Positions 23,340 through 33,291 of a DNA stretch of 64,000 nt are shown here, piece by piece. Position 1 is the stretch's first letter. Each line of letters opens with the position of its first letter. This stretch comes from Oikopleura dioica. Lineage: Eukaryota; Animalia; Chordata. The notes beneath the pieces are model-generated. The model saw only the letters and a list, made by a program, of their open reading frames with translations. It ran no database searches and was not told the DNA's origin. The DNA lies in the NCBI GenBank assembly GCA_907165135.1, contig OU015568.1, positions 11,656,001-11,720,000 on the forward strand, in the 5' to 3' direction. Made by a program: the position numbers and the translations under genes.

Positions 23340-25774
23340 TACCCAGTTGCAGAGGATTTTGTAGGTTTCGAATACTTCCCATGTGTGCTCCCATGTGTAT
23401 GGAATGTGCAGACTGAATAACGATGAAGGGATGATTATTAAAAGAGGATCCTACCTCTTTGAGAAAGAAACAGTCGCAGATGTGACAAGAATAGATAACT
23501 GTTCGTTTTCCCTTTACATAAACAATGAGATCTTCGTCTTTTGATGAATCCGAGGGTGTTTTTGCTCGGAATTCTCGTGATTTATGTCAGTATTCGTTGG
23601 AGCGTGCTCTGACTCGTGTTCTGAGCAGCTGTCTGGATTTCGCACGTCAACAATCACCTCCTCGTTGTCTTCATCCGACTCCTTGGAGCGTTTTGTCGCA
23701 GGTTCACTAAAAATACTTCAGCAAAAATTTCCATACATCATCTTACGTTTCTGTGTCAGATTCTTCAGAACGACTTCGCTTACGACATTTGGGGAGTAGA
23801 GTCTCGCCAGGGATTTTTGTTTCCGTACTTTGACTAGTCAGCAAATTTCGCTCAGTGCTAAGCATTCTATGATGATTTTCTTCTTCGTCTTGCTTCGCAT
23901 GATTTTGTCCAGGTAGAAGACCATCTTCGCTTTTTGTGAAAGATTTAGTAGAAGAAGAAACTGATCTTTGTGGTATAAGACATGGGAATTGTATCTTAAA
24001 AGTACATGAATTTTTCTCCTACACATTTCTTTTTACCCGTTCCGTTTTTCCTGCAGAGCATTTTCGGCAAGGCTTCGAAATCGGGCAGCAATTTGGTGAG
24101 GAAATAAATTTTGGTACATCATAAATTGGTTCAACTGATTGTTCGCTGCAAACGTACTAATGTTTCCAAAAGGCAAGGTGTTGAGCAAGGAATGTGACTG
24201 GGAAATCACAGGATGGTGGATGGGAGAGGCTTGTAGGGGCTCAGTAAGATCCAAAGAGCTGTTTCGGTCGCGTAGGGATTCGTGAAGAGGCTTGCTGATT
24301 TTGTACGTACAAGCGAGCTCGTGTTCTTTCATGCTCTGGCGGCTTTTGTAGCTTCTGTCGCAGAACTTGCATCGAAACGGGCGATGATCTGAAGTTGATC
24401 ATAAACTTGAGCTTGGTTATCAAAAATCTGGAAAGGCGCGCGATCTGATTGGCGGAAGACGGCACCACCACGCGGCGCCTTTCACGGGCAAGAGATCAAT
24501 CGCTAAATTGAATTCTGGAATTTACTTTCGGGATGTAATTTTTCCAACACAAACGCTAGAAAGCAGCGTTCGGATGTTTGCGGTTGGATTTCGCTTCCCA
24601 GCTAGGATAATTGAATCTTTGCCGCTTTGGACAAAATGCTTGGTAATGGTGGTCGATTTCGAATTCCAATGGGATTCCGTTTTCGTTTTTCATTTCAAAT
24701 CAAAGAATAATCATCGCTCCCTGCGGAAATAGCGGCACTGGATAATTATGCTCTGTCAAATTATCGGCCTCGTGGAAAGGGAACCGAATGGGCAAGATGT
24801 TTAGAAATATATTAAAATAATCATTAGTGAATAATTTTTCCAGGGATTGATTGCGATGAGCCTCTACGGAAAAAGAGCGATGCGTGTAGGGATCGCGTTA
24901 GCATAGGAATTTGGGACCGAGGTGACAACTCTTCGCGTAAAGTGAAGACGGACGGCGAAGTATGGATCCTTCTGATTTAGATGGGGCGCTAAGTTTCCTT
25001 CATAATACAAGAAAACTTTGATTTACTGCGCTACGTAAGCACTGAGCGCGCCTTTTCATCCTGTTTTCAAGAATTGGGCATAATAAATTAGAATTTGTCA
25101 TTTGAAAATATCGTACCGGAATGTATCCTCATGTGTCCGTTCAGTGCATCGCGCCTTCGGCATTTGTAGGAGCAAATGGAGCATTCAAACGGCTTCTCGT
25201 CAGAGTGTATTTTCATGTGTCTCCTTAGATTACCCTTAAAAATATCATAATGCTGAAATTCTAGCTTCACGAACTACCTTTTGGGTGAATCCGAATCCGC
25301 AGACTTTGCAAATATAAGGTCGCTCTCCCGTGTGAGATCGAATGTGAACATCGTAGTGGCTCTTTCCAGCGCAGGAGATTCCACATTCTTCGCATTTAAT
25401 CAACGATCCTGATCTCTCCTGGTCGTCCTCTCCATTTTCCTCTTGGTTCATCCCGCCGTCAGCGTCTCTCCCCGTTCCTCCTAGAAATGGAATGAAGTTG
25501 TGCAAAAAAAAATATTGACGACCAAAGATTTTAATCCCTGGAAAGTCGTAAGTACAGCGTGTGAGGATGTGATTACAAGGAACAATTGTGGGAAGCTCGC
25601 CGAAGAATCCTAACGTGGGATAATGGAGCAACTCACAATCATTTGACGGCGATTATCGACATTCGAGCGAATCGGTGAAAGTTTTGATAACTCTCCCAAT
25701 TTGGCGCTGGGAAAACAACAAGGCGGATAATGCCTTTCAAAGTTCGAAATGTAGTAGTGATGAGGAATTTGCAT
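23340..25774 (-). CDS. IKZF-like: Ikaros-family-like zinc-finger transcription factor; both ends approximate
   Basis: F1 [28 protein letters not shown]2 [13 protein letters not shown]|[11 protein letters not shown]3 [24 protein letters not shown]4 (CCHC) [24 protein letters not shown]-terminal finger [13 protein letters not shown]|[10 protein letters not shown]. The TQKGNL and CRRRDAL motifs are diagnostic of Ikaros. Confidence 0.88.
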
Positions 25775-26281
25775 CCGATCACAATTACTATCGATATCGA
25801 ATTCCTCGAGTCACTACCTGTAGGATATTATGAACGATCCAGAATCTGGAACAAAGATATGGTTGAAAAATGGCAAAAAAAAAAGAAACGAACTCGTAGA
25901 AGTAAACTTGCGTGAGAGGAAAATTACTATGCGCTTGATCCCATACGGAATTCGCACTTATTCCACCTTCTTTCCAATTCGCAAAGCCGGAGCAAGCTCT
26001 TCCCTCCGAGCCATGAGCCCGGCTGAGCCGCTAATTGATCCTTTCGCTAGCGTAAAATCTCCTCCTCGAGATATTCCAAAATTTTTCGCGCGCTCTCATT
26101 TGAGCAATAAATGTGAAACAATAAAAGTAAAACACTTTCGATCAATGAGTTTCCTATTAAAAAGCGCGTAGCGCACACTTGCATCGGAAATGGCATTTTC
26201 AATAATTTTCATCTTCTTCGCTGATGGTCAAATTCAATCATCAGATAATTGTAAATTGCAATTAGATACACAATTTTTAGA

Positions 26282-27759
26282 TCAATCTTTATGCAGCTCT
26301 TTATCACTTGTTGAGTTGTCTCTATTAGTACCTGATAAGCAGTGGAGACTTTCCCTGTTATCTGCAGCGAGGGACTCCTCTTCAAAGCTGGACATATCGT
26401 TAATTATATCTGTAGTATTTCGGATAAATGAGAAAAAAAATGAGTTCGTTTTGCTGTCGAATTTCGAGTATTTAGAATTTTGGCAAGATTCACTAATGAT
26501 ATGTTGGTTCCTGAGGCGCTCCCTAGTGAGCTCCTCATCCACGCGGGGGCTCCAGAGACTCCCAGTAGGGATGTGTAAAATCTTGCTCCTGATAACTGAA
26601 AGTTTCAGTTACTCATTATCGAAAGACCTTTCCGATCTTAGTTAGCTAACGTGTCATTTAATTAATTCATATTCATCATTTAACCGAAATTATGGCTACA
26701 TAATCCCAAAAGCCTAATGATTATGCCTCAAGAAAGGGGGGAATTCAGAATGCTCGCATACCAAATCGTTATAGGGCGATGTTTTTATCAGCTTCTTCAT
26801 CCAAAGAAACCTGCTTTTCTCTGCTAAGACAAAGAATGAAGCGAGAACTCAAAAATTTTATAGCGCCCTATGCTCTACGACTCTTTCCAATGGCTTAATT
26901 CTTTATCGATTCTGACGTATTGACGGAAGTTGACGCAAACTCTGGTCACTAGAGTCTGGAGTCAATAAGAATATTTTAAGATTCTCAACTCGAGTCGGGA
27001 TTCTTTCCAGGGAAGAGCTGTCCACTTTGGATTGAATAAGCTGATAATGACTTCGCCTCATAAAAATTTGGTATGCGAGTATTCTGAACTCCCACTTTCC
27101 CTAGCGCGTGTTCCCACTAATCTTCTGGAACTTTGGTCCTTTTCCTTCCTTTTTCAACACTTGATTCGTGACGGATGATGTCGCAGGGATCAGCTCATGC
27201 TATTTATGTCAAATTACAGTAATGATACTATTCTTGATGTTCGAAGAGTGCTTCTTTCCATGATCAATGAAAATAGCTGGCAGAAAAGATGAGAATCAGG
27301 AAAGAGATTAAATTTTGACAGTTTGAATGCTCAATTTGGCCCAATTTTGATCCTTGAGCTCAATTACGGATTATTATATCACATCATTCCAGTCATTTGC
27401 TTTCGATTGGCCGGAAAGTCGTGGAAATATTACTGAAGGAAATGAGATTCTTAAATATACTTAATCTTTATTACAGATTTTTCTAACAGTATTCTCCATA
27501 AAGAGTTCTGAAAAAACAGAAAAAACTGCATTTTTATAGCGAAAATTTTGAGTCTCAAAAAAGTTATATTCTCATAAATCTCATTATGCCTGAGAAAAAT
27601 GCCCAAAAAGGAAGCTGAGTTGACAGAGAGACTCTTCAGATCCCATTGCGAATGCGCACCTAATCCTAGTCCAGAGCCCCGTCTCCTGCTGCGTCTTCTA
27701 GTGGGCCTCATACTGTCTAATCTGCCTGAGAACTCGCTCTTCCCTTGAATATTATTCAT
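26282..27759 (-). CDS. Possible uncharacterised multi-exon gene
   Basis: Coding-like ORFs 27451-27759 and about 26282-26600 can be joined in frame by a GC-AG intron. No recognisable domain. Confidence 0.28.
26738..27093. mobile_element. Degenerate MITE-like element
   Basis: Inverted repeat of about 28 bp, GGGA(A/G)TTCAGAAT(G/A)CTCGCATACCAAAT, with 2 mismatches. No clear TSD. Confidence 0.5.
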
Positions 27760-28023
27760 TTCAATACAAATGGAAATATTTGTCCTTGTTTTGTTTGTGG
27801 CGAAATTTTAGGCGAGAATGGAAAATGATTATTTTCGGATTGGGACGCTGGATGAACGCTCTGGAATGTGGAAAATTCTTGAGCTTCCGCAATCCATTGA
27901 CGTTTGAGTTTCCCAGCGTTTCAATTTTGAATCAGGATATAGATCATTTTTGTATTTTTAGTTGTTGAAATGATTTGCTCGTTATACTTTTACTCGGCGA
28001 AACTGTTTATTTATTTTCACAGT

Positions 28024-28616
28024 GACGCGCTTTTTTTAAGGTGGTGGAAGTTTTCTAGCCCACTTCCGCCATACCGACCCTGGAACACCATACCTTTTCT
28101 GAATCAGCAGAAATTTTCAAGAATTTTGACCCTTTAAAATCCTAGAAAAGTCCACTTCCGGTCGATTCTAGAGCCGGAAGTTGACGAAATTTACGTGAAA
28201 GGGTGAAGTGTGACCTATCAAATTGATGCTCAGAAGATTTTGACTCATCATACAATCAATATGTCAGAAGAAACTGTCTCAAACGTGGTCAAACCGACTG
28301 GTAAAATTATGTAAAAAAGGCATAAAATGATCAATTTTTTTTCAGTTTTTTCTTGTTGGTTTAATCTCCGTTCGTGCTGATTCTTTTCTTAAATGATAGG
28401 AAATCGTCTGAGCATCAATTTGATAGGTCACACTTCACCCTTTCACGTAAATTTCGTCAACTTCCGGCTCTAGAATCGACCGGAAGTGGACTTTTCTAGG
28501 ATTTTAAAGGGTCAAAATTCTTGAAATTTTCTGCTGATTCAGAAAAGGTATGGTGTTCCAGGGTCGGTATGGCGGAAGTGGGCTAGAAAACTTCCACCAC
28601 CTTAAAAAAGCGCGTC
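28024..28616. mobile_element. Palindromic MITE (593 bp)
   Basis: Near-perfect inverted arms of about 217 bp (28024-about 28240 and about 28401-28616). Termini GACGCGC / GCGCGTC, flanked by AGT on both sides (28021-28023, 28617-28619). Confidence 0.88.
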
Positions 28617-29244
28617 AGTAGAAAGTGATGAGCCTCTCGAGAAGAATTTTCTGAGATTCGTCGAAGTTTTTTAGAAAAGAGTTCTGTTTCAGAAGCGCCA
28701 GTTTTTTCGTTGATTCTTTTCCATTGAAAATTTTCATAAAGCTTTTGCGGGAATAGAAGAATGTCGAGAGTGGAGTTGTTTCTATAAGTTCTACTTTGCT
28801 TCAAGGAGTTCTATGTGTTTTAATTTTTATCAGAAGAGAAAATTAGCTCCTTTCCTTTTTCTTGCAGAAGCAATTCTGCCGGAGACCCCGAGGTTGTGGC
28901 TCTCGTGAAAGTGATCAACCTCGCTCTTGATGTCTACAAGTACTTCCGTACAAAATTTATCGAATGCATCTTTGTATAAATTTGATATTTCGACGGGGAG
29001 AAACTTTTCATTGCAATTTATGTATAAGGCAATATCGACTGAGATATTTCGTCTTGTTCTTTCTGAAATAAGATATGAGTTCTTCCCATGAAGAAGGGCG
29101 AAAAAGAACTTTTCGTCGCTCAAATCAGGTAATAGACGAAAGATCTTCTCGGCGACAATCTTTTTACGGCTTCAAAATATATTCAACGTGTACGTATTTC
29201 AAGTAAAAGTAGATTGGGAGCCCTAGCCATGGTAAAGTTTCCAT
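28615..29244 (-). CDS. Small uncharacterised protein (about 170-190 aa), 3 exons; its 3' end abuts the MITE
   Basis: METLPWLGLPIYFYLKY|IVAEKIFRLLPDLSDEKFFF... joins ORF 28830-29123. The last exon has two open frames, and both end at the MITE junction. Confidence 0.45.
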
Positions 29245-29856
29245 TCTCTCTGTTGAACAATCGTGTTTATGTAAAAGTTTCCTGAATGGTTTGGGAGAGA
29301 ATTTACTCCCTCGGGCCAATCTACCCGTAATGAATGTCAGGAGGATCCGAACGATAATGCTCTTGGCACTGAAGACAAAGAAGAGTACAACTATGATTTT
29401 AGTAGATGTTCATCATCAAAAATGATTCATAAAGAATCGGTGGACGAGGATGATTCAAGAAGAGACAAATTGAAGTGTCAATTCGCCGCAAATTAATTCA
29501 GAAAAAGTCGGAAAAAGATTCGACAATTGCGGCGTGACAGTTTCTAATTGGAGACGTTGGAGATATTTGAAGGGGCCAATTATGATTCATTAGAAATCAT
29601 TGGAACGGTACAGGTGCGCGGCGCACTCATCAGCCGAAAGGGTTGATGTTGACAGCGCAAATTTTTTCCCAATTTGGTTCTTCTGATCGCGCAATGGGAG
29701 CTTAATAAGCTCACTTTAGAATATCTTAATTAACGACTGGTTAAACAATTTTCTATCTTATAATTAATGCAAAACTTGCGTCCCACCGGTAGATTTTATC
29801 GCGCATTCTTAGCCAAGGGGGATCATCAATGGGATCAAAATAAAAATATTGAAAAT

Positions 29857-31748
29857 ATGAGATTTTTGAGAAAGCTGTTTTATGCAGTCAGTTATTCCTG
29901 GCTCATTTTATTTTTTGTTTATCAGGGACTTATTTACCTAAAGCATTATAGAAATATTCTGCTAAAGAGGAAGGAATTAGAAGCTGCGAAAACAGGTGAG
30001 GCTTGATGCAGCAGATTCAAAGAAAAGAGGGAATATTTTGAGTGAATACACCACCACCATCAGCAACGCCATACATGTCAGGATTTGAGAGGAATTTGGA
30101 CCGTTCCGTCATTCTATTCAGGGAGTTTTCGAAAAAAAAAAAACAAAATAAACAAGTGAATATGACAAAGAAAGATGAACAATCATTGAAAACGCAAAAG
30201 CTATATGAGATCTGGAAGCTCTTTTCTTGGCGAGTTCTTCAACGAACACAGCGATGTCTTCTACCAGTTCGAGCCGCTTCATCCTCACAACCAGCTGTGC
30301 AAGATAGACCAGCCAAGATGCATCATAAATCTGGCTAGAAGTATGAAATGTCAGTTCAAGGATAGATATAGGAACGGCTTGAAAATCGAAGTAGAGGAAG
30401 AAAAAATACTCAATATTCTCTAAGCTTAATCTCTCTCTATGTCATGAAATTCCACTTAGCCCTTGCGGAGCCAAGATCTATCTTGGGAGGATTTTAGGAA
30501 GAGTCTCAAAAAATATCCCAGAAAATATATATAAGGAGAAACGAACGTCATCAAAAATAAGGAAATTGTTTGAAGAGATCGCGTAAGGGAACGTAATCCA
30601 GAAGACGCCGCGGTCCGTCCAATGGATTTTCGGGGAAATTTCGTTTTTCGGGCGAAAAGTCGGAGGCTCTGTAAAATGCCGTTTTGCTACCAAGACTTTA
30701 GCCATGAATACATGAACTGCTATGTTAAATGCAAGCCAGTTGTAACAAGGAAAGATTCATAAACAAACTCGTGAAATTACTCTATTTTACTGTAACACAG
30801 ACTACATAGACTATGTTACACAGGGATATCTCGAATCATTTTTCTCTTCTATGATTTCAGTTTTGAATAAAATAGAGGCGTGCGATACGGAATTGCCTGA
30901 AACATCTTCGAGTCATAAAAACCATTCGGATACAGGATCAGGATGGAAACTTCCCATAGTTTACTCATACTTTTGCATGAGCTGAAATCCTATGCTAGGA
31001 CAAATTGTCCCATCTTCCGGACTAAAGTAGAGTTTCCTTTAGAGCCTGCAAAATCTTCTACTCCTGCCAGTTTTCAATTTCCAGGTGGTCTATCTTGTGC
31101 GTGATCCAAGGTAGAGCAGGGACCGGACTCCGGAGCTAAAATGTTATTCATGCCCTAGAGCCGTTTTCCAAAGCAGGATGGAAATCTTCACATCAGATGA
31201 ATATCGCGAAAGGGGGCTCGGCAAAACGAAGAAGGAGCTCATAGATGATATCGAGGAGCTCTGCTTGAATCTTGAAAAGGAATGTTTTAGAATATAAATA
31301 GTTAATATTCTTCCCTTTCATTAGACGAAAAACTCAAATTAGAATCACGAGACTCTCAAACTGAACAAAAATCTAGCCCTGAAAACGAAACTTGTTAAAT
31401 ATGAAGGTAAGATAACAAACAACGCTATTGAATATTTCAAAGATGTGGCTCTCCATCCACGAGAACAAGCAAAAGACATCCTAAACTTCGTTCAACTGGA
31501 CTATCAGCAGTCAATAGATGATTTCATTTCGAACAACACTTGGCTTGCTAGGTAATATATGCGACCAGCAATGAGTTTTAACAATAATGTTTAGTATCGA
31601 AGAAAATAAGAAATTCAAGACATCAGGGAATGTCCGACGTAGCTTGGATAAATGGAGAGCGCGATTGGACCGGCAAACGATCAAAATAATAGAAGAAAAA
31701 TGCGCAAAAGCACTTGAACTACATAACTATTCCTTGTTCAAAGAGTAA
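29857..31748 (+). CDS. Golgi carbohydrate sulfotransferase (CHST1/CHST3 Gal/GlcNAc-6-O-sulfotransferase family), multi-exon
   Basis: Type II TM N-terminus (LFYAVSYSWLILFFVYQGLIYL), 5'-PSB motif VILFSYMRSGSSFLGEFFNEH...FEPL, RRLCKMPFC, and 3'-PB motif VVYLVRDPR. Confidence 0.85.
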
Positions 31749-31847
31749 AATCCTTTCCCCCTTTAGAGGAATTCATAAATGTCGAATTTTATTGAAAGTG
31801 TCTAAATAATTAATGCGGAGTTAGACAAAAAGAATTCATAAATGGAT

Positions 31848-32734
31848 TCAAGCCAACGACTGAATAGATTCTAGCGATGATCGTAGATCCTTTGACTCTT
31901 CTAATTTTCTTGAGGCACTGAAACCAAGCTGTGTCACATTTCTTTACGATAAATTCTTATTTACCTGCGTTTGGCTTGACGGGAATGCTCTGCATCTTTT
32001 TCAGCCCTTAAATATCGATATTTTGCATCCATTTTTTGCTGTAGTTCTTACTTTGTAGCTCCACAAGGCTTCATTAGACAACGTCGGCATGAAATCATAA
32101 AAGTGAGGACAATGACGAAGATAGCCAGGCCAGCCATGCTCGTCTGTAAGACATTTTGGGGTCCATCTGTATCTAAAATCAAAGAACGAATGAAATTTAA
32201 CAGACAGACCAGACACTAATCCAGCAGTCTTGTTCATCAGTTTATTTTGTTGGACATAATTTACTGCTTATAATTCTGATTTATCGATGTTATTTGATTA
32301 AGAAAACTGAGAAGAGTGTTTCTTTAGCATTATGACTCATAATTTATGATATTAATGATAATGATGATATTAGGTTATATTGAAATATAATTATTAAATT
32401 TTATAAAATCTTCGCAAACCTGTTCCATTTTTGTCCATTGTCGGAAGTTTTTTTTCTTCAAATAATTATCGCTCTTTCGTTTTTAAAAAATCATTTTCAA
32501 TTTGGTCGCATCTTAATTATCTCTCTTTCGCTGTTTACAAAATAACTGGTCGATGGTGCCTTGAGTCTCGTCCAAGGGCGTGTGCCTAACTCGTGTTGCG
32601 CTGCTGGTTGCATTGCTGCTTTTTGAGAATCTCGGGCGCCATCTGTTTTTATCCTCGAATAGTGGGTTTCTCCTCTTTTGGTAGGATTTGCCTGCTGACA
32701 GTGATGAATTAATGATAACATAAGGGCATGTCAA
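31848..32734 (-). CDS. Small single-pass membrane protein, uncharacterised; 5' end uncertain
   Basis: Exon about 32060-32170 reads TDGPPNVLQTSMAGLAIFVIVLTFMISCRRC. Two further short exons end in ...LESIQSLA* at 31848. Confidence 0.38.
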
Positions 32735-33291
32735 CCTAAATCTAGGAATATATAGTCATGCATAATTAATGGATTTATATTTATAACGATGAGTCTGCTA
32801 GTAATCGAACGAGGTTAACCCCCAATTACAATATCGCATTTGAAAGAAGTGGCTTTCAAGTAGAAAACAACGTCTCAAAGGCATCCCTAATCTGCTCTCC
32901 TTCTCCGGCTCCTCAGGCCACTATTTATTCAAAGTAGATTTTCTGTTTTCTCAAGTTTAATTTATTCTATTTATTATACAGAAAATACAATTTTGTGTGA
33001 ACAGTTTTGTTTCTAAAAAGTTTAAAATAAGTTTGAACTTTGATGAAGATATGGTTTAATATTAGAACAGTAAAAGCTTTGTTGCAGGAATATATATAAA
33101 AATATTTTTTATTAAAAAGACAAGGAAGATAAACAATTTATTGATTTGAATATAAATAATTTGATTAATCATATCATATATTGAAATGATTTGCTTAAAA
33201 CTGTTAAAAATAATTAACATTTTTGGGCTTTAGGGCGGGCTTTTTGCATAATGATAAATAAATAAGATATCAGTTAATTTTTAGTAACATT

